The notes under the pieces are model-generated. The model was given only the letters and a program-made list of their open reading frames with translations, did no database searches and was not told the origin of the DNA. DNA of 61,979 nt, counting the filler, from Candidatus Woesearchaeota archaeon (GTDB taxonomy: Archaea; Nanobdellota; Nanobdellia; Woesearchaeales; B72-G16): NCBI GenBank assembly GCA_003650545.1. It is 10 parts of 10 records of this genome, joined end to end, with 100 filler letters (N's around TTAATTAATTAA, not from the genome) between each part and the next. Parts side by side here need not be neighbours in the genome. Positions count along the whole stretch, not along the records: positions 28,458 to 34,062 come from QMQO01000055.1; positions 34,163 to 39,759 come from QMQO01000056.1; 8 more parts are not named here. One strand, written 5' to 3'. A program made the position numbers and the translations under genes. Positions 28,458-37,917 of this stretch are shown one piece after another (the first letter of the stretch is position 1; each line of letters opens with the position of its first letter).

Positions 28458-28551
28458 CAGATACACCTTTAGGAATCCTTAAATCTAAACCATCCAAAGC
28501 AACTATGTCGCCAAAAAACTTAACCAAACCCCTAGTCTCGACAACCCACAC
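28458..28551 (-). CDS. ABC transporter ATP-binding protein, N-terminal fragment
   Basis: GTG start with GGAGG SD; MWVVETRGLVKFFGDIVALDGLDLRIPKGVS. Confidence 0.75.
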
Positions 28552-28682
28552 AAAAACCTCCTCCAATCCTATAACTCACCCATAATATAACAAACACCCC
28601 TATTTAACCTTATAATTACTAAACTATAATTAGGTCGGAGAAAAACATATATATTGCACCTAAGATTTATCGGTGAGGTATA

Positions 28683-29192
28683 ATGAAGATGTGGAGGGAG
28701 ACCAAAGAGTTACTATTATCAATACTGCTAACAGCGTGGATATTTACATTGATCTTAACAACGTTAACATTTATATTTCAACCCGCTGCTGCCTCCAAAC
28801 TCTACGACGAGAAGACCGTTGTAAAGGGAGGTTATTGGAGTGGCTATAGACTTACAGGTACTGTAAGAGGATACTTCGACCCTGAAATCGGAGCAGTATA
28901 TTACGTTTCTTCACAACACTACGCAAAAGCAGAAGAATACGGCGCTTTCGGTTGGTTATGGGATGTTTGTTGGGTCAAGGTTTGGGGAGAAGCCTACTGG
29001 CAGGGACAACGAATTAAAAATCGGGACATAAAAAAATATGCCTATCCTCCAGATGAATATGTGGATGCTGAGCTATGGCTATCTTTTGACAAAGCAGACA
29101 AGGTTTGTACACGGGTGAGAGCGTGCTACGACGATGGATGGGAATACCACTATTTTGAGATCAAATTTGAGGAGCTTACGATCTGTGTTTAA
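28683..29192 (+). CDS. Hypothetical secreted protein (Trp/Tyr-rich)
   Basis: GAGGT SD; signal peptide ending AAA; no recognised domain. Confidence 0.7.
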   Translation: MKMWRETKELLLSILLTAWIFTLILTTLTFIFQPAAASKLYDEKTVVKGGYWSGYRLTGTVRGYFDPEIGAVYYVSSQHYAKAEEYGAFGWLWDVCWVKVWGEAYWQGQRIKNRDIKKYAYPPDEYVDAELWLSFDKADKVCTRVRACYDDGWEYHYFEIKFEELTICV

Positions 29193-29207
29193 AGGGGGCG
29201 CTGTAAT

Positions 29208-30179
29208 ATGAACAGGAAAATTAGAAATCTAATTTATATCTTTTTTTATTTTCTGTACTGCTGTTCTATGCCTTTTCAACTTCGACTCTGGTTAGCTGTA
29301 TTCTTAGGTTGGGATATGTTTCGTTTGAAGTTCCTTTTGTGGTTAGAAAAGGGGAAGTATGCAAAGTACATATTCAAGTCGGAAAGTATTTATTTTACAA
29401 ATGGTACGTCTCTCTATATTGATGGTGGTAAGGCAACGGCTATATTCGGTTGGGAATGTTTAAGTGTTGAAAATAATGTGGCGGAGCTTAACATAACTTT
29501 TACTTGAAGCGGTAATGGAACATTTAAAATAAGTGGACCTTCTTATTACCGTGTTATAGGCGGCTCCAAAGTTTTTAAGTGGTCGGGTATCGTACTTGCT
29601 GATTTAGAAAGAAATACCTTAATGCTTCCCAATGGTACGATTATAGGGACCCATTTTCTTTGGCTTCCTCCACGTCTCGAAAAAGGTACAACTTTGGAGG
29701 TGGCTGTTAATTCTAGTTTTTGGTTTGGAGATTACTGCATTACTCGCGTAACTGGTGAGGTAATATCCCACGGTCGTGTTGTACGAAAAATTGTGCAGGG
29801 ACCACAGAAAGAATTTACAGTAGAGTGAGAAATAGATCTTAAAGTTAAAGTGTTAAATGGAACTCAAGATGCTACAGGTTTTTCACTGTATCGTTATGAT
29901 TGGGATATTGGGATCGCTTTGGCTTGTTCTCTAGAATGTGATCCAGCTTTACTGATATTTGAGATCTGGGATACTGGTATTTGGGATCTTATCCCTAGGG
30001 TTTTTGATACTAATGTGGATTTGGGGTCTAGGTCTTTTTCTTTGTATTTGTTGTTTCGGTTTGATTTTCTGCTTTTATTGCTGGTTGTTGGTTTTGTGGC
30101 TACGTTTTCGGTGGTTTATTATCAGAGGAGGAAGAGGAGGCGCTTGCTTCGAGCTAGGAGGTTTAAGAGGAAAAAGTAG
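29208..30179 (+). pseudogene. Membrane-anchored surface protein gene interrupted by two in-frame TGAs and probable compensating frameshifts
   Basis: ORFs 29208-29507, 29622-29828 and 29850-30179 share one frame, separated only by TGA at 29505 and 29826; C-terminal TM helix plus poly-basic tail. Confidence 0.7.
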
Positions 30180-30397
30180 ATTTGACTTGATTGATGAAGA
30201 TTGTGCATGTTAGAGAAAGGTTTATAACATTGTTTGCAAGTTTCTCGATCTTAATTTATAAATGCTTAATATGTAATGATGAATGTATAATAGATTATAT
30301 TTTTGTTCTAGATTTACTTTATGACGTTTGTGGAAAATTTTATATTTAGGGGAACGATTTTGATTTTCATACTTATGTTAAGAGTCTGTATTGGTGA

Positions 30398-31315
30398 ATG
30401 GGTTTGGATGGGTACTTTGTGGGTATTTTGGCGGCGTTTTTTGCGTCTTTTTCGTGGGCTTTGGCTGCTATTCTTTATAGGAAGTTTTTGACTGGTTTTT
30501 CTGATCCTTGGATTGCTAATGGTTTGAGGGCTGCTCCTACTTTTTCTTTTCTTCTTTTGCTGATTTTTGCTTTGGGGAAATTTGATGATTTTTATTTTTC
30601 TCTTTTGAATTCTCGTATTTTGGTTATTGTTTTTGTGGCGACTGTTATAGCGATAGTTGTGGGTGATACTCTTTACATGGTTGCTTTGAGAAATGTGGGT
30701 GTTTCTATTGGGTATCCTATTTCTTACATGTATCCTGTTTTTGTGGCTCTTCTTGCCTCTTTTATTCTTAAAGAGGTGATAACTCTTACGCTTATTATAA
30801 GTTTAGTTTTGGCTTCTTTGGGTGTTTGGCTTGTTTCTTATAAGCCTCCTAAACAGGATATAACTCTTGAGAAGAGAAAGTTGGTTTTAGGTGTCGTTTC
30901 AGCCATAGGTACCACTGTTTGTTGGGCAAATGCAATAATAATTTTTAGAATATCTGTTAAAGTTTCTGACCCTCTTGCTGTTGATGCTTTAAAGTCTATG
31001 TTTCTTCTCTTTGTTTTCCTTCCTCTTCTTCTTGTTAAATTCAAGGAAGTTAAAGTTAATATCGATGGGAAAGCCTTCTTTATTCTTTCGCTTGGTGGAA
31101 TTTTGGGGATTGGTGTGGGTGACTGGTTTCTTTATATTAGTTTGATGGAGATTGGTGCTGCGCGTGCTACTGCTTTAACAACCTCTGCTCCACTTCTTTC
31201 CCTGTTGTTGGCTTTTTTAGTTTTGAAGGAGAAGGTTTCTAAGAGGCAGGTTTTGGGAACAATATTAATAATTATGGGAGTGATTTTAGTTTCTATGATG
31301 GAGGTTTTAAGATAA
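30398..31315 (+). CDS. DMT/EamA family transporter
   Basis: About 10 TM segments in two EamA repeats (GDTLYMVAL..VGVSIGYPI; GDWFLYISL..IGAARAT; LKE motifs). Confidence 0.92.
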   Translation: MGLDGYFVGILAAFFASFSWALAAILYRKFLTGFSDPWIANGLRAAPTFSFLLLLIFALGKFDDFYFSLLNSRILVIVFVATVIAIVVGDTLYMVALRNVGVSIGYPISYMYPVFVALLASFILKEVITLTLIISLVLASLGVWLVSYKPPKQDITLEKRKLVLGVVSAIGTTVCWANAIIIFRISVKVSDPLAVDALKSMFLLFVFLPLLLVKFKEVKVNIDGKAFFILSLGGILGIGVGDWFLYISLMEIGAARATALTTSAPLLSLLLAFLVLKEKVSKRQVLGTILIIMGVILVSMMEVLR

Positions 31316-31337
31316 AGGTGTGGGAGGGTGTTAAAGT

Positions 31338-32474
31338 ATGAGTGAGAAAATTCTTGGGAGAGATGAGTTAGAAAGCATGTTGATAGGTGTTGGAATTTTA
31401 GGAACAGGCGGTGGAGGAGATCCAGATCTCTTCGGTAAACCGTTAATTGAATGGGACTTAAGTAAGGGTCGGGAGTACCGTATAATAGATCCAGCAAAGA
31501 TCGACGATGATGCCTTTGTTGTCAGTGGTGGTTACGCAGGATCTGTCACCGTTTATAGGTCTATAGGTGATACGTTGAAAAAGTGGGAAGAGAGATACGA
31601 ACTTTTAGAGGCGCTTAAAATCATGGAAAGTTTGTTTAACAAAAAAATTGACTACGTTGTCCCGTTTGAGCTTGGTGGAGTAAATACGCCTGTGATTCTC
31701 TCCTTGGCTGCTCGAGCTGGTATAGTGACAATTGATGGAGATGGTCTTGGTAGGGCGGCGCCAGAAACGCAGATGTCGAGCTTTTTAGGTCATGGAATTT
31801 CATTAACACCGATGCCGTTTGTTGATAAGGAGGGAAACGTGTTAATTGTTAAGCATGCTGTGAAATCGACATATCCGGATGAGATTATGCGTTTTGCTTT
31901 GGATTTGAATGGTGGAATAGGAGCTAACAACCATTATCCGATGAGTGGGAAGCAACTTAAGGAAAGTGTTGTTCCGAATACTATATCCTTCTCTATAAAA
32001 GTTGGTGATGCGATAATAAATGCGGTTGAAACGAAAAGCGATGTTATTGATGCTTTTGTTGAAGTTTCTAATGGAATAGAGCTTTTCAGAGGAACTGTAA
32101 AAGAAATGAAGGGTGAGGATGTTCGTGCTCATTATCTTGCGAAGGCTACACTTGAAGGTACTGGAGAATATGCTGGGAGAACTATGGAAATAATATTTAA
32201 GAATGAGGCTATGATGGCTCGTGTAGATGGGCAAATCGTTGCTGTTTTCCCAGATCTTATATGTATGATCGACCCAAGGACTGGGAAGGGAATAATGACT
32301 GTTAACATAAAGCCGGGATTAGAAATGGCGGTTGTAGGTGTACCTGCCCATGAACGCTTACGGGAGTGCTTGAAAACGGAGATTGGCCGTGAAGCGTTTA
32401 GTCCAGCTCGTTTCGGCTTCCCCGAAGTAAAGTATGAACCGATAGAGGTTCTCACTAAACGTGTATTGGGATAA
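31338..32474 (+). CDS. DUF917 family protein
   Basis: G..ILGTGGGGDP, P.ELGG.N, DGDG.GRA.PE.QM, FKNE, PDLIC motifs. Confidence 0.9.
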   Translation: MSEKILGRDELESMLIGVGILGTGGGGDPDLFGKPLIEWDLSKGREYRIIDPAKIDDDAFVVSGGYAGSVTVYRSIGDTLKKWEERYELLEALKIMESLFNKKIDYVVPFELGGVNTPVILSLAARAGIVTIDGDGLGRAAPETQMSSFLGHGISLTPMPFVDKEGNVLIVKHAVKSTYPDEIMRFALDLNGGIGANNHYPMSGKQLKESVVPNTISFSIKVGDAIINAVETKSDVIDAFVEVSNGIELFRGTVKEMKGEDVRAHYLAKATLEGTGEYAGRTMEIIFKNEAMMARVDGQIVAVFPDLICMIDPRTGKGIMTVNIKPGLEMAVVGVPAHERLRECLKTEIGREAFSPARFGFPEVKYEPIEVLTKRVLG

Positions 32475-32583
32475 ACAATACGACCTAAATCCGCAAGAAA
32501 CATTTTACGCTAACATCTACCTATTTTATAATGTAGGGAAGGATTAAGAAGATAGAGAAGGTTATGTAATTTATGGTATTGGT

Positions 32584-34062
32584 TTAGTTTTCTTGGGGAA
32601 TATTGTTATGAGTGAAATTTGGATGCTGTGTGGGATATATTTTTTCTCTTGGGTTTCTTTCTTTCATTAGGTATGTTATGGGTTGGAATACTTGTGGTAT
32701 TTTACGGTTGGTTTTCCAGATTGCTGTTAGGTATTTTAGGTCTCTTTTCACTTCGTTTACAACTTCGTGCATTACCTTTTCCGTTGGAGCTTCTCCCACT
32801 TCCTTAACTCTATTTAATTGATGTATAGAGATGAAACCTATAGTAGATGCTAGTAGGAAGTGGAAGTCGAATCCATGGAAGTCAAGGATTGGTACTGATA
32901 GTTCTTTGTTTGGTTCTTTCCATTGTAATGTAAAGGCAAGTTCTCTTTTGATGAAGAAGTCTGATGTTTGCCCTCCAATTATGGCTGCGATTCCTGAGAA
33001 TATGGAGTTTATTACGGAGATGCTTGCAAGATATGTTGTAGCGTTCTTTGGGTTTGATAGTTTTGCAGCTATGTTTCCTATTGTTAGATTTGTGCCTGCC
33101 ATCGATAAACCCATTAATACGTGTATTATTACGAGTAGGGGTAGGCTTAGTAGATGTTTTTGTGGTAAGGTTGTAAAGGTCCACGCTAAGATGCAAATTA
33201 TGAATATGCTGCTGCTTACTGTAAGTACAGGTTTGTTTCCATATTTATCGGATAGATTTCCAAGAGTTCCTAGGAAATATATGTTGGATAGCTGGCTTAT
33301 TACTGTTAGAATCATTATTTGGGAAACTGAGATATTAAGGATTTTTAGCATGTATACGGTGAAGAATGGAGAAGCCATGTTTACTGCAAAGCTCCATAAT
33401 CCTATTGCTATTACAAGTTTTCTAAAGTTTCTGTCTCTAAAAGGTTGTATTAAAATCTTAAGATATTCGTTTTTCTTTTCCATTGGAGGTTCGGGAATAC
33501 GTGAAATAAAGTATAAACTTATTAGGCCTATAAGTGCTCCAAACATGAAAAGGGAGGAATACCCGTAAAGTTCATGTTGTGGGTAGTTTTTTCTCCAATA
33601 GTCTATGAAAAATCCTCCGAAGATGCCTAGGATCATTCCTGAGATGAAGCTTATTTTGAGTCTTTTTGCAAAAAATCTACCTCGTGTATTCATGGGTATT
33701 AGGTCTCTCATCCAAGAATTCCAGCTACACGTGGATACATTTGCTATCGAAGATGCTACTAGGAAGGTTATTGCGAGAAAGGTTAGGTTTCCTAAGAAAA
33801 TGAATGGGGTTAATGCAATTACTATCCATAGAAGTCTGCTAGTAGCGGAGGCAGAAAAAGATATGAGTTTTCTTTTCCCGGTCTTTTCAACTAAGAATAT
33901 AGCTGGTATTTGGGAAAGTTGGCTGAGAAATGAAAATCCCGTGATGATGCCTACAAGAGTGTTACTGGCGCCTATTGAAAGGATGAAAGCGATGAAAAGA
34001 GGGCCACCAGTTAGGGTTGACATAGCATAAGAGAAAATACCATCATATATGACGTTTCTTAA
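32584..34062 (-). CDS. MFS transporter (5'-truncated)
   Basis: About 12 TM segments; WNSWMRDLIP...RGRFFA.R and G.LSDKYGNK motifs; frame open to the contig edge. Confidence 0.9.
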   Translation of the reverse strand, partial: LRNVIYDGIFSYAMSTLTGGPLFIAFILSIGASNTLVGIITGFSFLSQLSQIPAIFLVEKTGKRKLISFSASATSRLLWIVIALTPFIFLGNLTFLAITFLVASSIANVSTCSWNSWMRDLIPMNTRGRFFAKRLKISFISGMILGIFGGFFIDYWRKNYPQHELYGYSSLFMFGALIGLISLYFISRIPEPPMEKKNEYLKILIQPFRDRNFRKLVIAIGLWSFAVNMASPFFTVYMLKILNISVSQIMILTVISQLSNIYFLGTLGNLSDKYGNKPVLTVSSSIFIICILAWTFTTLPQKHLLSLPLLVIIHVLMGLSMAGTNLTIGNIAAKLSNPKNATTYLASISVINSIFSGIAAIIGGQTSDFFIKRELAFTLQWKEPNKELSVPILDFHGFDFHFLLASTIGFISIHQLNRVKEVGEAPTEKVMHEVVNEVKRDLKYLTAIWKTNRKIPQVFQPITYLMKERNPREKIYPTQHPNFTHNNIPQEN

Positions 34063-34162
34063 NNNNNNNNNNNNNNNNNNNNNNNNNNNNNNNNNNNNNN
34101 NNNNNNTTAATTAATTAANNNNNNNNNNNNNNNNNNNNNNNNNNNNNNNNNNNNNNNNNNNN

Positions 34163-34573
34163 AGAAATAACATTGAATTATTTGTTTTACTTTTATTGGT
34201 TATTGCGTTAATTCTGATAAATGGATGTGCTGTGACGATTTCTACTCCGACGCCACAGCCAGTGACACAGAGTGCAGGAAAATCAAAAGAATGCTTTTTA
34301 TCAAAAGACTGTGAAACAGGATTTCATTGTTTCAACAAAAAATGTGTCAGTAACGAAATTCTAAAAAACAAAGAAGATTGTGTTGTAATAAATCAACCAC
34401 CGGTTTATCGCACCTATTGTACTCAAAAATGTGAGAATTGCAAAGATGGAAATTTTACATGTTGGGGCGGTAGCACTGCAATTCCAGGTATAAGGAATAA
34501 ATGTGTAGAATGTACAAAAGATCGTGATTGCAAACCAGGATTTGTCTGTGATGAATACAGATGTGTACGATAG
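34163..34573 (+). CDS. Small cysteine-rich lipoprotein (5'-truncated)
   Basis: Lipobox LINGC; two C....DC..GF.C....CV repeats. Confidence 0.75.
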   Translation, partial: RNNIELFVLLLLVIALILINGCAVTISTPTPQPVTQSAGKSKECFLSKDCETGFHCFNKKCVSNEILKNKEDCVVINQPPVYRTYCTQKCENCKDGNFTCWGGSTAIPGIRNKCVECTKDRDCKPGFVCDEYRCVR

Positions 34574-34785
34574 AAAAAAAAATTGCAATGAACTGAAAAA
34601 CAAAGAATGACTGTAATATTCTTTGTGCGACAAATGGTTTGAAGGACTTCTATTTTTTTCAATTAAGTTGACAGCACACTATCAAAGTTCACTTTATTCA
34701 TTTCCTATGCTTTTACTAAACTTTTCTTTTAGTGTTTAATCAGTACTCACATACTTTTATATAATATTATTTTTTCTTTTTTTAT

Positions 34786-35067
34786 ATGCAAGTGAAAGAT
34801 TTAAAACCTGGGATGGACAAAGTTGAAATTGAGCTTACTGTTGATTTTGTTGGACAGATTAGAAAAGGCGAATATGGTGAAAGCCCAAATGTGCGTACAT
34901 ATCTTCGTGACGAAACTGGCGAAATAGCAATGACCTTTTGGGGTGATTTATGTAGAAAAGTAAAAAAAGGTATGAAAGTAAAGGTTAAGAACGGTTATGT
35001 GACGGAATATAAAGGAGATCTACAGCTGAATTATAAAGAAGGAGAAGATCCTGAGTTGACTAAATGA
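34786..35067 (+). CDS. ssb: Archaeal single-OB-fold ssDNA-binding protein
   Basis: MQVKDLKPG...L.DETGEI.MTFWG...V.VKNGYVTEYKGDLQLN. Confidence 0.88.
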   Translation: MQVKDLKPGMDKVEIELTVDFVGQIRKGEYGESPNVRTYLRDETGEIAMTFWGDLCRKVKKGMKVKVKNGYVTEYKGDLQLNYKEGEDPELTK

Positions 35068-35068
35068 A

Positions 35069-35998
35069 TCATCTTATAGTCTTGTAATCTTTTGTGTCCT
35101 TTTTTCTATAATATGATAGGGTCCACTCTTTTAATGGATACCATAAACCCTGTTCTATTATTCTGCGTTCTGATGTGCGATATTTTGCATTTTTAAAAAA
35201 TTTTATCTTTGTATGCTTCTTCATGCGATAAATTAAATCGCATTCCTCTGTAGAACCAATGTTTTCATTATAACCCCCGATAGCATCGAAATACTCTTTT
35301 CTACAGAAGAAAAAGCCAGCAGGAAATGGTTGAAATGTCTTGACAACATTAATGAAAGCAAACATTACACGTCCTTTCATTGTTCCTTCTAATGGCGCAA
35401 TCCTAAAGCTACCTGCACCATACTTTGGCTTTTTTTCAAGATTATGTACAACCTTAAAGATAATATTTTTATCGTCAAGATAGTGGTCTGCATCAATTAT
35501 TAATAGTATCTCGCCTTTTGCAAATTTAGCACCAAGGTTGCGTGCTGCACTGGCAGAGAAGCCATCGCGAGGACAATAGTATACCTTATCGGTGTATTTC
35601 CTCGCTATTTCTGCAGTTTTGTCTGTGCTGTCATTATCAACGACAATGATCTCGTAGTTTTTGTAAGTCTGATGTTTTATTGACTTAAGGAGTTTTTCTA
35701 TATAACCTTCCTCATTATAAGCAGGTATAATGATAGATACCAATGGTTCTTTGTCTAGTTTATAATCTTTCTTAAAAACAAGCATAATTTGTTTCATATC
35801 TTTAAGTTTCTTGAGTTGGTTCAATGGAAGCGCTTCTTTAATGAGCTTTAATTTTTTTAGCTGAGAGATCGTTATTGCAGAAAAATCTCTTACTTTTCTG
35901 ATGTTCTTCAATCTAGGAAACTTAATTTTCTGTAGCTTTGTAAATAATAGTGCCTTCTTTAGTCTATCCTGTGTCCACACTCTAGCCATAATAACCAT
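35069..35998 (-). CDS. Glycosyltransferase family 2
   Basis: VSIIIPAYNEE, EIIVVDNDSTD.T, ARN.GA, IDAD, GGY.E....EE.DL; basic N-terminal extension. Confidence 0.93.
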   Translation of the reverse strand: MVIMARVWTQDRLKKALLFTKLQKIKFPRLKNIRKVRDFSAITISQLKKLKLIKEALPLNQLKKLKDMKQIMLVFKKDYKLDKEPLVSIIIPAYNEEGYIEKLLKSIKHQTYKNYEIIVVDNDSTDKTAEIARKYTDKVYYCPRDGFSASAARNLGAKFAKGEILLIIDADHYLDDKNIIFKVVHNLEKKPKYGAGSFRIAPLEGTMKGRVMFAFINVVKTFQPFPAGFFFCRKEYFDAIGGYNENIGSTEECDLIYRMKKHTKIKFFKNAKYRTSERRIIEQGLWYPLKEWTLSYYRKKDTKDYKTIR

Positions 35999-36393
35999 CA
36001 GTTATCTATCGTTTATATATCTTTTGATTTTAAGATTGGTTATATAAATAATATACCAAATCACATTAATTATATAAATAACCGCCTATATATGTTTTTT
36101 TCAACATTGTTTTTTATGTTCTTTAGGGTTTATTTTCAATTTGCTTTTTAAGATGAGCCTGGATATTTGAGTTTTAGTTTTTATACAAACATGAAGATAT
36201 ACAATCATAAAGCAGAGGGAAATTTTTTAAAAATTTTTTACTTAAAAGTTAGGAAATGGAAAACGGTCTGATCTTCTAAAATCTACCTTCAACTCACATC
36301 CAAGCTCACAAGATGATATGAAATTGTCAGTCAAATTCATGTAAATATTTAAATACATCTTTAATTATCCTATACGTAAAGAGAGGTGATAAT

Positions 36394-37881
36394 CTGCCAG
36401 AGAAAAAGAATAAAAACATATTTTCTAAGATTAGAAGTAACACAACTGTTCCAGAATATTTCTATTACGTTCGAGGCGTTTGGAAACGTTCTGCAAATAA
36501 AAAGAAGATTGAGGTAAGATCACCAGTAACAGGTAAGATAATGGGAAGGGTTCAAGCACTGCTACCAAATGAGGTTAATATTGCAATACATAATGCGAAG
36601 AAAGCACAGGTAGAATGGGCGGAACTTAGTATGGATGAGCGCTGTAAATATCTTGAGAAGATCGCAGATCTTATAGATATGTATGCAGATGAATTAACAA
36701 TAACACTTGTCAAGGAAATCGGCAAGCCAAAGAAGATTGCTGAAGATGAAGTGTTAAGGACTGCTGATATATTTAGGGCTACTGCACAACATGCAAGAAG
36801 CTTGCGAGGGGAGCTTTTGTTTGGTAGAAGCATGGTTAGAAGCACCAAAGAAAAAGTCTCTCTTGCTTACAGAGAACCTATCGGCGTTGTCCTCTGTATC
36901 TCACCGTTTAACTACCCTATAAATCTATCTGGTAGCAAGATCGCACCTGCATTGGCGATGGGCAATGGTGTTATATTTAAGCCATCAACACAAGGCGTTA
37001 TAAGTGCTATAATGTTTGTTAAGATTCTAGAAGCTTCTGGACTTCCAAAAGGTCTGGTGAATCTAGTGACAGGCCGTGGCTCTGAAATTGGCGATTATCT
37101 TGTTAGCCATGAAGACATAGACATGATTAACTTTACCGGAAGCAGTGCTGTTGGGAAATCCATTGCTAAAAAGGCTGGAATGAAAAGGCTGCTGATGGAA
37201 CTTGGGGGCAAGGACGCAGCTATTGTTCTTAATGATGCTGATCTTGATAAAGCTGCAAAAGCTATTGTTAAAGGAGCATATTCTTACTTTGGTGAGCGCT
37301 GTACTGCTGTTAAGAGGGTTATTGTTGTTAATAGCGTTGCTGATGAGCTTGTCTCTAGGTTAAAGAAGCTTGTAAATGGCCTTAAGGTTGGCGATCCTAT
37401 TAAAGAAAATGTTGATATTGGTCCATTAATAAGCGACAAGGCTGCAGACTATGTTGATGAGCTAATAAAGGATGCAAAAAAACAAGGCGCAAAGTTTGTT
37501 TGTTCTGGAAAACGTGAAGGTAGGATTATTAGACCACATTTGATTGACAAAGTAACAAAGAAAATGAGGATTGCATGGGAAGAACCATTTGGTCCTGTGT
37601 TGCCAGTTATTAGGGCTAGGAATAAAGATGATGCAATTAAAATTGCAAATGCTTCTGAGTATGGTCTACAAGGCAGTGTATTTACAGAAAGTGTTGAGAA
37701 TGCTATATATGTCGCTAAGAGACTACAAACTGGCACAGTTGTTATTAATGATAAGTCTAGCAGAGGCCCTGATAACTTTCCGTTCCAAGGAATCAAAGAT
37801 TCTGGAATTGGAACACAGGGCATTGGTTATGCATTAGAAGCTCATTCAAGGATAAAGAGTATTGTGATGGATTTTAAGTAA
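36394..37881 (+). CDS. gapN: NADP-dependent non-phosphorylating glyceraldehyde-3-phosphate dehydrogenase (GAPN, ALDH superfamily)
   Basis: PFNYP.NL..SKIAPAL, FTGS..VG, ELGGKD, GERCTA, EEPFGP, RGPDNFPF.G.K.SG.G.QG; frame extends upstream of ATG 36541 to CTG 36394 behind a GAGGTGA SD. Confidence 0.88.
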   Translation: MPEKKNKNIFSKIRSNTTVPEYFYYVRGVWKRSANKKKIEVRSPVTGKIMGRVQALLPNEVNIAIHNAKKAQVEWAELSMDERCKYLEKIADLIDMYADELTITLVKEIGKPKKIAEDEVLRTADIFRATAQHARSLRGELLFGRSMVRSTKEKVSLAYREPIGVVLCISPFNYPINLSGSKIAPALAMGNGVIFKPSTQGVISAIMFVKILEASGLPKGLVNLVTGRGSEIGDYLVSHEDIDMINFTGSSAVGKSIAKKAGMKRLLMELGGKDAAIVLNDADLDKAAKAIVKGAYSYFGERCTAVKRVIVVNSVADELVSRLKKLVNGLKVGDPIKENVDIGPLISDKAADYVDELIKDAKKQGAKFVCSGKREGRIIRPHLIDKVTKKMRIAWEEPFGPVLPVIRARNKDDAIKIANASEYGLQGSVFTESVENAIYVAKRLQTGTVVINDKSSRGPDNFPFQGIKDSGIGTQGIGYALEAHSRIKSIVMDFK

Positions 37882-37917
37882 ACTAGTAAACTACAAAAAA
37901 AATATTAGCCGTAAAAC

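Noticed and set aside
32831..33568. 245-aa plus-strand ORF and similar antisense ORFs across the window
   Set aside because: Shadow frames opposite well-supported genes (MFS, GAPN, FdhF, FN3 protein, S8)
28458..34062. Genome-wide TGA reassignment in contig 5
   Set aside because: About 1300 codons of neighbouring intact genes contain no in-frame TGA, which would be expected under reassignment
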